A DNA stretch of 64,000 nucleotides from Raillietiella orientalis (taxonomy: Eukaryota): assembly GCA_036172245.1 (NCBI GenBank), contig JAYWIR010000009.1:3720001-3784000 (forward strand). The letters run 5' to 3'. The notes under the pieces were generated by a model, which saw only the letters and a program-made list of their open reading frames with translations, was not told the DNA's origin and made no database searches. Each line of letters opens with the position of its first letter. Position 1 is the first letter of the stretch. Below are positions 24,851 to 37,100 of this stretch, one piece after another. A program made the translations under genes and the position numbers.

Positions 24851-26351
24851 TTATTTTCCCTTTTTGGCACGAATCTTCCTCATGTAGAATTCCAATTCCT
24901 TGCCTTCTAGAACATAACCATCAGCACGACCACACTGTCCTGGTCTTGAACTAAGGCAGGCTGAAACATGACTACATTCAAAATTCAATTCATTTTGGAA
25001 ATGTCTACAATCACCAAATGCACTCAGTGTAACTATGACATACCTTCACACATTATCAGGAACATGCAATTCATCAAACAACCAAGTTGCCTGGGACATT
25101 CATTTATCTACTTACCTAAAACACGGCCCGTCATAAACTGCTCCTCTAAGGACTGTTCTACTTTGCTATGCTTCTGACGACGTGCATACCTTTTTTCTAT
25201 TTTCTTACTCCTTGTTTTGTGGAGAAGAGAATCTTTAGGATCACTCTGAAAGACATCAATTTTAGATCCTTGATTTTGCATATCAAACTGCAACACACTT
25301 ATTTTTATTTTTTTATTTTCAGTGAAACTGGTATGAATCATCCAAAATCATTCGAAAGATGGTGAAATTTTATTCATCATTAACCAGCAATAAAAAGAAA
25401 CAAAGCAATGATTTTCACCTGCTTGCCTTTTTTACGACCCAGGGGAAGTGCGTAATAGGATTCATACCACTGTCGGAATGGTGTGGCATCAATTACCACA
25501 ATAGCATTCTTCACTAATGTTTTGGTACGCACCAATTCATTGTTTGATGCATTATATACTACATCAATAATACGTGTTTTCCTTGTACAACCTGTAATCA
25601 CATTTTTGATTCGATTTTTCCGCTACGTACATACCTTCTGATCCCCAAGAGAAATTTCCTTGATCTAATCTAAGAGCTCTGTATTTTTTATTACCTCCAC
25701 GAGTTCTAACAGTATGAATTCGCTTTGGACCAAGCTACAATCCAATTATTGCTAAACAACAATAACAACAAAAGTCAACCTTTGTATTTGCTGGTGGTCT
25801 CCCGAGTTCAAACTTCCTCTTCTTTCTTAATGGTTTCCGCTTACCACCAGTCTTCCTTCTTTTATGCCAGTGATCACGCGATATTCCTGAAAAATTACAA
25901 AAGTATTGTGCATTCTTATTTTCTGACCTAGTATTCTGAAAACTGCCCAATCATGTACAGTCAATGCATTAGATCCAGCTTCAAATCCAAGAAGGCAATT
26001 GTCAAGGTTTATTACAAATTTAATAATTTCACAATTAAGTGTTCTAATTCAACATATCGTTAAGAGATGCACCAAATTTGGTAACGTTTCAAGAGCACAT
26101 GCATTACTTGAAATAAGAAGTACGCAATAGGAACTGGCAAAAAACTTCCAATTCTCAAACTGGTGGATTCATAAGCATACGGAGATTGTACCTCACATAT
26201 CATATCAATGGAAATTTTCGTTGGCAGATGAAAGGATCACTACCAAAATCAATTAAGATAGTGAATACCTTGTCAAGAAAGTAAATGTGTACACTAATTT
26301 ATGAAAATTTACCTAAATTTAAGAGGACCAAGTAAATCGCTACTCACCCAT
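24851..26351 (-). CDS. RpS8: 40S ribosomal protein S8 (eS8), 6 coding exons, 207 aa
   Basis: Exons on minus: 26351-26348 (ATG G|gtgagt), 25886-25780 ([18 protein letters not shown]), 25734-25635 ([24 protein letters not shown]), 25591-25419 ([22 protein letters not shown]), 25245-25116, 24960-24851 ([26 protein letters not shown]...KGK stop). Total 624 nt; AATAAA overlaps the TAA stop. Confidence 0.97.
25024..25077 (-). ncRNA. Intronic C/D-box snoRNA, SNORD46 (U40)/snR63-like, in RpS8 intron 5
   Basis: Minus strand reads TTGATGA (box C) attgcatgttc CTGA (D') taatgtg TGAAGG (C') tat GTCATAGTTAC a CTGA (D). The 11-nt guide is complementary to conserved LSU rRNA GUAACUAUGAC; box D lies about 63 nt from the 3' splice site. 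Confidence 0.85.
25319..25380 (-). ncRNA. Intronic C/D-box snoRNA, SNORD51/SNORD32/snR39-like, in RpS8 intron 4
   Basis: Minus strand reads ATGATGA (box C) ataaaa TTTCACCATCTTTCG a ATGA (D') ttttgg ATGATT (C') cataccagtttca CTGA (D). The guide is complementary to conserved LSU rRNA CGAAAGAUGGUGAA; box D lies about 73 nt upstream of the 3' splice site, the typical position. Confidence 0.85.
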
Positions 26352-26387
26352 GCCTACTGCTAGCTCCTGCTACCATTCACTTGTAGC

Positions 26388-26416
26388 GGATGGAGGATAC
26401 GTCACATCGTTTCCGG
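26388..26416 (-). promoter_or_regulatory. Putative RpS8 core promoter: ETS-like CCGGAA, CRE-like TGACGTA and a pyrimidine-rich start region
   Basis: Minus strand CCGGAA (26416-26411), GTGACGTA (26405-26398), TCCTCCATCC (26397-26388), about 40-65 nt upstream of the ATG. The TSS itself is inferred. Confidence 0.45.
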
Positions 26417-26604
26417 AGTACCAACTTACAAGACTACGAACATTTCTTTCTTTTTTTTCAAACAAATATTTCATACAGTAAGTAAACGGCGTTTAATCAA
26501 TTTCGACGTGTAAAAGGATTGTGAGCGTGCATAATGAACAAACTAATGCATTTATTGTATGTGTTGAATTATATTGAAGATATGCATACACTTATACTTA
26601 AATG

Positions 26605-26678
26605 CATATGTGTGTATGTTTGTGTAAGTGTATGTATACACACACAAACACACGCACATATATATGCGTATATATACA
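26605..26678. repeat. Degenerate (TG/CA/TA)n microsatellite upstream of RpS8
   Basis: atatgtgtgtatgtttgtgtaagtgtatgtatacacacacaaacacacgcacatatatatgcgtatatatac. Confidence 0.75.
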
Positions 26679-27879
26679 TCCTAAATGAAATATATGTATT
26701 AAACTTGGTTTAGTGATGAAAGCATCAGAAATATGTATGTAGCAAAGAAATCGAATTTTTTAGATTAATGCATTTAATGATAAACTGAGAATTTGGATTT
26801 AGAAACACATGCATTGTCACTTTGTCATTCCAGTAAATAATTAAAAGTACATCTTTCTAAGCGCATACAAAAAACTGTTTAGGAATACATAACTGTTATA
26901 AATTTAAATAATAGCATTCACACATTTCATAATCAAAGATATGTTTGCATTACTTTCATGAAACCTGCTCTAATATAATTGAAAACTTGCATTAAGAAAG
27001 CTAACCATGCTTAAGTTGGAGACAAAAATAAAGACAAATGCTGGTCTTTATAGCTATAGGAAAATTTTGAATAGAATAACAAAGTTTCAAGGAGAAAGGA
27101 AAGCTAATTTTACCATCAACTGTTACTGTAACCGTTACTAATCTTAAACCATTTAGGAATTTTAAATATTTCAGTGGGACATTTAAGAATCGATAGGTAT
27201 GCAGCAAGTATTAAACCGAGTTTCGATCTGAAAGCTCGAAAAAATACTAAATGTCAAATACGCATGTTGTGACTGATTAATTTGAAAAAATGATTACTTC
27301 TCTTTTTAAAACAACACCATAATATCTCTTTCAGAGTTGTGCAGTTCATACGAATAAGAAAAAAAAAAGTACGGTGACAGGAACCGAAAGAACTGCAAAA
27401 ATGATCTGATGAATGCCATATGTGGTCCAGTGGAGAATGTGCAACATCTTCTAATGGCCACATCACATGTAATGATATGGTGAGCATCGAGAGAGATTTC
27501 AAGAGAAAGTCATGAACTTCAGGATGCACTGGTGACCTTTGTGTTTAAAGAAATGGTGCACAAATCATGGGTGTTAAACCGCACAGCCTTCTCAGAGACC
27601 TTGTCCAGCTCCAAGGAGATTTTCGGATGGATTGATTTCTGCGTACCAATCCAAGCATTTTCCTTCTGTGACGTCATGTGTCATGGAACCATACCGAGGT
27701 CCTCGGCTTTCTCGAAGCCACTGCTGGCCCCACGTGAGTGGAACGTGTGCCTCTCTCCTCTAGGATCTTCTTGGAACGATGTGACTGCTCGTTGCCGTCA
27801 ACCCTTCCAACGTAACAGATCACCGGAGCATCGTCGATCACGGAGGGTCGGTTGGTGCGCGGGGTGAAAGTTCATACTT

Positions 27880-29670
27880 TTTCCTGCGGTGGTTCCTTAG
27901 GCACGCCAGAGGTTAGGAGGCGATATCGACGGATGTTGCTCAGAAGGGCGGCGGTGGAAGGAGCTCTGCGCTTCCACCTTGCCAGCTCTGGGGCAGCAGC
28001 TACGCCGCGTAGCGTCGCTCCCTTGACCTTGGGTGCGACAGCCCACGCCACCATGCGGTGAGGAACTTCCGGTTTCCTCTCGGGAGTCGCTCGACGTTTT
28101 CACGCCCACCCGAGGTGCGGCTCGCATGGAGCAGGCCTCCACCCTTGCTCTTGGCGCTCACTCTGCCTCTGGGGAACACCTTGAGACCTTGGAGGTCTGG
28201 AAGGCTCCTGGCTGAGTGCGCCCTCTGGCACCAGCTGCGCGGCGACCTGCTACCCGTACCTGCTAGGTGACCTCGCGTCTTCCTAGAGGACGAGCGACTT
28301 CTTCGGGAAGTCCTTTTGCTGCTTAGCAACGCGCACAAGCAGGAGACAGGTCGCGTCTGCCCCGGCGCGAAGTCAAGAGGACTCCTACCTGAGGGACTCT
28401 CTCCTTCGGTGCCAAAGGCCGAGGGAATTCCATCGAGCCCGTTCGATCGTCGCTCCTCTGGGCTGTTGCCGGAGGAGTGGGGATCGTCAGGAGCGTTGGA
28501 GGCGGGCTGGAAGCCGCGAGGCGATGCGACGCGCAGGGCAGCAACTCTGGTCCCCGGATTTGGGGGTCGAGCAGGACGAGGGACCCTTCACCTCGAGCAG
28601 CCGCTGGAAGGTTCCGAGGAAGAGGCCGTCTCTCTCCTGCTGGGAGATCCCATCTCCTCCGAGCCGTAGCGCTCCCCATTGGGGGCGAAGCTCGACCCGC
28701 GCAGCCTCCAGAGGGGGCGAAACTCCTTGCATTGGGCGCGCGCTCCCAGCAGGAGGGGGAGAAATGACGGCGGGGAACTTAGGGGAGTCAGGGAGACGGC
28801 AGGGGCGGCGCCTTCGAGTGTCCGCGGGAAGGGAGTGTGGTGTTCGTCAGAAGGTCGGGGGCGGCAGCTGCCGTCAAGAAGGGAGGACGCCGATCGATAA
28901 TCCGGAACTCTTCCGGAGGGAAGGGAAGGAGGGCGCACCAGCCTCCTCTGGTCAGCCACCTGTAGATTCGCCTGCCTCAGGCGCCCCAGGGCCTCTGCCC
29001 CCGAGACTCCCTTCCTTTCGACTGGACTCTACGCGGTGGATCCGGTGACAACCAGAACGCGGTCAAAGGAGGAGAACGCGATGCTCAGTTCGCGCTCCGG
29101 GAGGGATGCTGCTCTCCTTTTGCTGTCGTCTCCGCCTCTCCCCAGGGATACGCATTCGGGACGTTCTCCTCCTTCTCCCCCCCTCCTTTTCCGCTTGCTT
29201 TTCTTCCTCCTCCTCCCTTTTTCTTTCCCTTCCTCTTACTCCCCCTCCTCCGACGCTTGTCCCCTCGGGCAACCAACGCCTCTTCCGCCCCGCAGCTGGG
29301 TAGAGGTCTGGCTGTGTGAATGGATGCGAACGCGCCATTTTCCCAATGGACAGGGAAAGAGCGTGGAGAACTCTCCTCCTGCTCCTCTTCCGGCCAGGGT
29401 CTCCATGTGGGAAACCGGGACGACCATAACCTTCCTGCGTTCCGTGGGAGGGGGGGAGGGGAAAGTAGAGCGGAGGGGGAGTCGAGCCGGGCAGGTTCCC
29501 TCTCTTCCAATGTACCCTGAGCTCCGAGGAGAGTTTCGCTCCGCTACGCAACCGATCTCAGTGACGTCAAGCACGCCTATGCCTTCAGCAGGCGAATGCT
29601 TTCGCTCGTGGGAAAGTTGGAGCGAAGATATGGCGAGAGGGAACCAGTGAACGACCTCTACCACCACCTG
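27880..29670 (-). mobile_element. Highly decayed non-LTR retrotransposon (APE endonuclease + reverse transcriptase remnants)
   Basis: Ordered remnants across frames: VVHW..., IGVLDVTEI (APE N-terminus, about 29650-29550); GGDGIS, GTFQRLLE, TPKSGDQ..RRIASRLP (early RT, 28690-28500); LPDLQGLKVF..GGLLH (about 28200); RLLTSGVP (about 27910). Confidence 0.55.
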
Positions 29671-32600
29671 TTCTCCTTTACCCCCGCGACCACCGAACTA
29701 CTACCCCAGGGAGGAAATGGCGAGAACCGAACAGTAGTTGTTACCATCGAGGGTGACCTTCAGGGTCGCCATCGACGGATTGATCCTCTCTCTTGTGCTC
29801 AGCAGCAGGGACAGCCACCGAAGAGAGAGGGAGGGGGGGGAGGGGGAACTGCGCCATCCATCCCTCCGCCTTCAGTCGCTGGCCGCTGCGTCACCGAGAC
29901 TCGATGGAGTAGGGCGTCGAGGGGGGCCTTGGGAAAGCGGACTGCGGCGGTCTCTCTCCCCCTTGACTCTTCGGCCTCCCCCTCTGCGTCCGGGAAACTC
30001 CCATCTCCCTGGAAGTTTTGGAGCTAGCCGGAAGTCCGCAGGAGGTCAGGATTTCAGCACGCGCGGGGTGACCCGCGTAACCGGCGTGTCCGTCGGCGAC
30101 TGGCTGCGCGAGCTTCCTCGACCCATTTGTGAGGAGAAGAGGGAGCGGTGAATCCCCACGGTGTCTCCATGGGAGCAGCGAGGACACAGGGGTGGATGGT
30201 GGTGTGGAGAAGCCAAAGTGGCCAGGGGAGCCCCGCCTGCTCACCCTTCCCGTTGCTCGGAGACGGCTGCGTTTTCTTTTCCGGGGTCAGTCCCGACTTC
30301 CGGCCGGCGAACTGTGCAGCATCTGAACCCTTCCGCCTGCCCGAAGGGCAGGAGGGAGAGGAGGAAGTAGTAGGCCTTTGAAGTAGGGCGTCTGCATTTC
30401 GGTCTCCGCCGAAAGGCCGAGAAGCGATGGGCTAACGCGGAGAGCCGCCTTCGGGGGCAGCAGCAGCAGCGCTCCTGCAGGGGAGGAGTCCCGTCCAGAT
30501 AGGTGCACTTCCCGCGCGCACACCTCCGCCTCCATGCCCACCACCACCAGCTGCACGGTGGACGTCCCATCCTACGGGGACGCTGTGGAGTGGAACCGGG
30601 CCGCCTGCATGCGTACGGCGCATGCGCCATGCCTCCTGCGCGCTCCACGGATGGAACGTCCTCCTCCTGTCTTGCCGAGAAAAATGAATAGGAACGGTGT
30701 GTAGGAACCAACTCATTTGACCCGATCACCAACGGCATGAGGCGAAAAAGTAATGGTGCAGAATGTCCGTCATAATAAATGATAAGAGCGCCACTGGAAG
30801 TTACTGCGCTCGTTGCTAAGCAGCCGCTCGCATTGTTGGGGCCGAGCACGCTTGACTGGGCGCCACTGGCAACGCATTTCAGTCCGCATCGCGTTCTTGA
30901 GCCGGTGTGAGTGCGTGTGCGGTAGTGAGGGCGGCCCTCGTCCGATCCTGAACGTTTCTTTTCCGGAATAAACTCCCCGGTGCAACCGGATGATAGGTAA
31001 TCGATCTTACAATTGGTCCCTTCACATCAGTGAACAGGTCACAAAGAAGAAGAAAAAAAAAAAAAAAGAAGCGAGCAAGTGCGGCGGAAAACTTTGGGCG
31101 GCGGCGGTATCTCCGGCCCTGCCTGCCCACGTGCGCGCGTTTCCGGCGGAAGCCGCGAACGCCGGAGGTTCGCCGAAGAAGCGCGCCAACTGCCGTCCTC
31201 GCCGAGAAGCACCGAAAACCCGAACGTGGGCGCGCGTGTCCCTTTCAAACGATCCAAATGATGGAACGAATTTCGGAGGTCAAAAACTCGCGCCGAGACC
31301 GACTCGAATTCCGAAAGGGAATCCACGGAGCTTCTGGATCGCTTGTTCGGTCGCCTTCGGACCTCCTCGGAAGGTGCGCGTTCCCGACAGGATGTACACA
31401 AGTGTGCTGCTTTTTGCAGTGCGGTGGTGTGGATACTCGGCGCGAGCAAGAAGTGTACTTGTGTTTTTGTGCGTGGTAATCGCAGCGTTTGCATTTCCAG
31501 GAGGGAGAAGGGGGAAAAAGCGCAATTTTTCTAGTCGTTTCGAAGGCACCAGTAAAGCCCCAGAAGACAGGGAGCAAGACAAATGGTCTCCGAACTCTTT
31601 CCTTTGCCCCTCATTCGTTTGCAGGACGATTTTGATTCCTCGGGAGCGATCCCTCATCCCTGGTGTATGCCAAGAGGGATCTTTCGCGATGTATCAGAGT
31701 AACTGTGTTTTGGAAGTCCCCAGGTGCCTTCTCGGGAAGGGAAGGGAGAGGAAGGGGAAGGAGCGATTGCTAGGCAGGATGCGAGAGATACCACTAGAAG
31801 TCTAAAACGAGGGATTCTGGTATGGAGGAAGGGAAGAGTTCTGGAGCTCTTTCTTCTACATGATGTTGCGCTTTCGAGAAAACTGAGCTTCCACATTCTT
31901 CCCACTTTGGCAGACCATTCTGGCTCCGAAAATCCCCCTCAAAAACGTGTCTATTTCGGATGGAATACAAGATTCCCGGTTCCTTTGTTCTGATGTCTGC
32001 TGCAGGCTTCGCAATCTGAGAGAAGAAAAACGGCCTTTTTTTCTGGGAACGTTTTAGAGAGATGCTTGAGCTAGACGGATGGATGAGCTTGCGTTGTGAC
32101 CAATATTGCACTCATCCGAGTTGCCCCCCCCCTCCGCTTTTCCATGGAAATGCTCGAGGGATAACTAACTACATCGACGAGCGACTGCTGGAAGGTTTTC
32201 TTTCCCATGTTATTCCCCTACTTCTTCGTTGTCCTGCTTTCCTTGTTGATCTACGAGAATTTCCGAAACGACTACTTTTCGAAGTCCTATCTGAGGAACC
32301 GGGCAGAGGGAACCTTGATCTGCATGAACGAAGGAAAGCTTGGAAATGTTCATGATGCTTTCCGGAAGAAGGGTAACCCCAAGGAGAAGTGTGGTTCTGG
32401 GTATAGGGAAAGGTGGAAGGCATTCGGGGGAAGACCAGGTATCTCGACAGAGCAGGGATCAAAACGATTCGAGGAGCAGTCTGCCTCTGTCACGAGGAAG
32501 GGAAGCAAATTCTCATACCCGGGGAGCTAGACGGTCCTTCCTGCGGCGGGTGTTCATCGGTAAGAATCCTGGGAATTCCAATTACCAGAAAAGACGGGAC

Positions 32601-33206
32601 CCCAAATTTTAGGAATTCCAATTTCACAAGACTGCGATTTGAAGTGCTGCCGAACAGACCGCTGCGATTGGAATTTCAGGAAGATCGGCCAAGAGATTCT
32701 GCTAACGCTCGACGGAAGACCCTCGAATTCCTGCGAAGAACTTGAGAAGGCATAGAAAAGGAAAAGGAACCTCGGAAATGGATGCTCAGAAGATGACAAT
32801 ATTCCCAACGTGTCGAGGCAGTGGTTCTCCTTCATCTGGTGGTGGTGTGCTGACTTTCTCCGACTTACGACTCTGGCGTGCTCCCTCTCGGTTTCCTCGT
32901 TTCTGTTTTCCGTCGTCCACAGTATCCACTAAAACTCCCCTTTTTTTTCTTGGTGGAAGGTACACTCGCTGGGTCATCAGATAGATTCTTTTCTCCTTCG
33001 TCTCTACAACCATTTTGGACTAGTGCATCTTCTGACTGAGTACAGTCTTTGAGACTCGCTGGAGTGAAGCTCTCTTCTCTAATCCGTTTTGTTCCTCCTT
33101 TCCTAAGCTGGCCTCATGCTTGAATTCCTCGAATATCCAAGTTTTCCTCCTCATGGTTTCGGTGTAAGAGCAACATTTCCCCTTGTTTTCACATCGCAGG
33201 TTGATG

Positions 33207-34142
33207 TCTGATGGGATGATACGAGAAACCTTGTTGTCAACCATGGTATCAAAAACCATCGAGACGACGATTTTTAATGAAGCAGCAACAAGAAATAGGG
33301 ACCATTTTGGCAACGACAAAGGGGGCGAAGTAACCCAAAATTGGTCCTATTCGGAGTAATTGCCCGTGCTGTCTACATAGTAGGGAGACAGCACGGAAGG
33401 ATAAACCAATATTTGAAAATTATGGATTAGAAGGCAAGACCTTATGTTTCCTATGCGAAGATGGCATCAGAAATACAGCACATGAATCCGAAAGGAGAAA
33501 CTCTTGGTCTCCAGAGTAAGGAATCGATGAAGTGAGCGTGGTATTTGGGATTGCAGGAAGCTTCTCTATTCTTGGATAGACAGAAACAGAAAAACAGGAA
33601 AGAGTATTGTTCTACAGGAACTACATCGAAGGGAGAATGGCTAGCTTTGAGTGATGAAAGGTAACAGATTGTACTCTTTTTCCTTCAGTTCCCCTTCTTG
33701 ATTCACTCGGTTGAGTGTTAGGGGATTGTGAGTGAATGTGTACTGAAGAAGTGTGAATGGGTAGAGTTTCCGAAGGCAGGACATTCAAGATGTATTTCGT
33801 TGTCGAGGATCCACGCGGCACTCAATTGCTGAATCGATTCTGGTTCCAGAATCCTGGACCAGGAGAATTTGGTCCCGTTAGACTGCAGCATGGTGTCTGT
33901 TTTACTAAGTACAAAATCTGGTCATCTACAAACGATTTGGTACCCCGCTAGACGTGCAGGATCCTCGACAGGATTTTGAAAACGCATGCTTCTGTGAACT
34001 CAGTTGGTGTGGACTCTGCGTAGTCCAAAGGCACAAGGTTTTGTAGGTCTTATAGATGCATGCCATTGCATCAACATGCCGACGCATATCTGGCGGGTGA
34101 TAAGGGCAACCTTGTTGTCGTGCATGGTATCGCAAACGATCG
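33207..34142. repeat. Diverged duplicate of about 55 bp (33207-33261 and 34089-34142)
   Basis: Core aaccttgttgtc...catggtatc..aaac.atcg, 29 of 35 identical; minus-strand peptides VFDTMVDNKV and VCDTMHDNKV. Confidence 0.7.
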
Positions 34143-37100
34143 TGAGGTCGGCCGGATCTCGACGACAACGGCGGGACTCGTCGCCGTCACGAACGGAAGA
34201 AATGTCTCAGATCACCTGAAAGCTGTCCTCTCGACGCCGGGGGTTCGACTCCACCAAATTCGCTTGGTCTGTCTCAGAACTTGTTGATGTCATCCGCTGC
34301 TGGATGAGACCTCAGGTGTTCTTTCCTGTTCCATGGAATTCTTGAATCCTGTTACCGCGGTCCACAGTTTCCTTTCGAATGTGTTCGAAAGGAAACTGTA
34401 GACTAAAGAACCTAAGGCTACAGAACTATCGAGACAGTGACTATCAGGTTACAGTTTAGGCTGTTGCTGTATTGGAGAGCATTTCAGTAGGCATTTTGAA
34501 GTTGGTAGGTAAGTATGAAGTGAAGAAAACCCTCCATTTAGAAATCACATTTCAGGATATTGAAGTATCAGTGTGACCTGATAGAGTTTTTATCGATCTG
34601 TTTCGTTATCATGATGGTGAAACAGCCAAGACGGGAGAAGCTTATTTGGATGAAGCTACAAGTTATGCTCATGTGGCTAAACAACCAATGTCACCAGAGA
34701 AGCACTATTTTCGAAAACTATCAACTCGTCGAAATATCTCGGGAACAAATTTCCAGATGCTCTTTTCCACAAGAGGATGTTGATGGGAAGGAATGGATTC
34801 AAGTCTTGCAAGAATAATCATCTCCCGACTGCTGTATCTGCGGTGACCTGCTTCATCCGAGAAAGGCAGAAAAAAGCGAAAAAGGAGTCAAACTAGAGAA
34901 GAAAGATAAACGGTCCTCTCCGTTGCATGACTGGATGGGAGATCGTGCGGTTGGTCAACATCCTTCGGACTCATTGAGTATCCAGGTGACATCCCAAATC
35001 CGTGAAAGTATCTTGAGGCCACGTTTCCATCCCTTTCTCCCGAGCGTTCAAACCCATAGGCGTTCTCCTTGGCTCCTCTGAGTCAACTCGCTCTTCCCTT
35101 TCTGAAGCAACAGTATCGCACGTGTGCTCGCTCCGCATAATCAGGAGTTCACGCGGAAGCCATCCCTGTACCTGCCAAATACGAAAAAGTTCCTGGCTCC
35201 TTTGAACGGCAGGAATGCGCTGGAAAACGGGAAGAGCGGTTGGAACTCTACAGTGACGCCACTCGCGTTCGTCTCAGCTGCCCTTCACTATACAGTTACA
35301 CCGAAAGGAATTCCTTTGCCGAGATGAACTGCCTGTCTGCGGTAAAAAAATGATTGCAGCGCCTCGGTAGTCACGGTTCGGATCTTAGACAGGCAGTCGA
35401 AAACGAAAGACAAATACACGAGACATGCACACGAAAGAACAAGAGCACGGAATACGGGATGTGTTTCATGGAGAGCGTCGTGGGATGCTTAATTTATAAA
35501 GTAATTCCCCAGTGTTTTTTTAGAGTGGATCCGCATTAATCATAGTGACTGATTATTTTTCGACTTACACCGCTTTGCTTGGTATAATTTTGGTCAACTA
35601 ATTTAGCGGAAGTCGGAACGAATTGGTCTGTCACGTGAGCCCCCCCCCCGAATATACCTCTAGTGAAGCAGCAAAGTTTTAATCCTATTCAGAATCCAAT
35701 TGAAATGCGAATCTAGTATCTACCTATCAATCGATATTATTATGAGACTTTGAGCCGATGTTACAAAGCGTGACATCGAGGATTATGAAGTCTAAATCGG
35801 AGTCGTAGTAAGCCTAAATCAATTTGCCTGCAAAGCCTGAATTAATGTTTCTGGAAAGTCCAACTTTGATACGTTATAAAGCCTAATCGATGGGGCTTAA
35901 GCTTTGTAAACTGCTTCTATACGGTACACGGTGGAGTGGAGAAAATGAGAATGTACGCCCTGATACGGGAGGAGGAGGCCGGCCCTGATCAAAACAACGA
36001 ATCCAGGGTCTTCCCGAAACGTATAGTGGATAAAACTTACCATTAGGAAAACACCGCTCGCAGCCAAACCTGCGGATTACAGAGTTCGGCGGTCAGCGTG
36101 TTAATTAAAGAATTATTATAATGAGGCTTAAAGGCTACGTTACAGTCCTCCATTACGCATTTAAAGTAAGCAAAGCACGAGCGAGGGAGAGAGGGAGGGA
36201 TAAGGGAAGGATGGAGGAAACTCCTGGAGCAAACAAATGGAAACCAGCTAAAAGTCACTGATTAAACGTGGTCGACAAATTTCATGTGGTGCACCCAAAG
36301 GCAGGCAGCCCCAAAGGACGCATCATCAGGCGAAAGTAGATTTGTCAGAAATGACAAATCATTTGTCTAACGAGCGAATATTCGGAGATAATGATTCCAA
36401 TAAATGATTACCACTCGAACCGTTTCTGGCAAAGCGACAAAATTATCAGATTATCACTAAGTGAATTCACTTGCGGCTTCGGATCGATGCCAGCTGGGGA
36501 CCCCGGCAAGGTGGTTGTTCCACGACATGGTTCCATGAGTTCCAACACGTCACAATCCGCTGCCTACACCAACTCAGGGGACTGCCTACACAGCAAGATG
36601 GATGCCGGGCGCCCCTCCGCCTGCACCTATCTCCTCCAGCTGAAAGTTGCCGTGTCGAGAGTCGCAGCTGAAGGACCCCTGCACCCACGTAGCCGCAGTA
36701 ACCGCCTGCTATGGCCACCACGAGGAATCGGCGGTGAGGAACGTCTGATGGAACCAGTTGGGCGTGGGTCTCCACCCTGTGTCTGTAGGCATGCCTGTAG
36801 GCGGCCCGCAGCACGACGGTTCCCGCACCCATGCGGACAACTCGGCTCGGAAGGATTCCCCGCCTCGAAGACGGGTGGGACGACGTTGCCCTTGCGTGAA
36901 GGTGAGGCATGGAGGGTTTCGCCCCACACATCGGCCTTCCTCCTCGCGCGTCACCCGTGAAAATTCCTAAACTCTCCCGCCTTCGATCAAGCCTGGCAGG
37001 TCCCCATTTTCTCATCGTTCTGATTCGTAACCTATTCTGAGGATGGGACGGAATCTCTGCTTCCTCATTCGGCGGCAGCTACGAAGATCCATTTGCATAT

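Noticed and set aside
25950..26090. Possible H/ACA snoRNA in RpS8 intron 1 (hairpin followed by ACA on minus)
   Set aside because: Only one plausible hairpin, no well-placed H box and no rRNA target I can assign; needs snoGPS or cmsearch.
33020..33130. Copia integrase-like EEQNGLEKR
   Set aside because: Single short motif without the other catalytic residues or LTRs.
34200..34258. tRNA-like B box GGTTCGACTCC
   Set aside because: Too little space for anticodon and variable arms, mismatched T stem, no acceptor stem.
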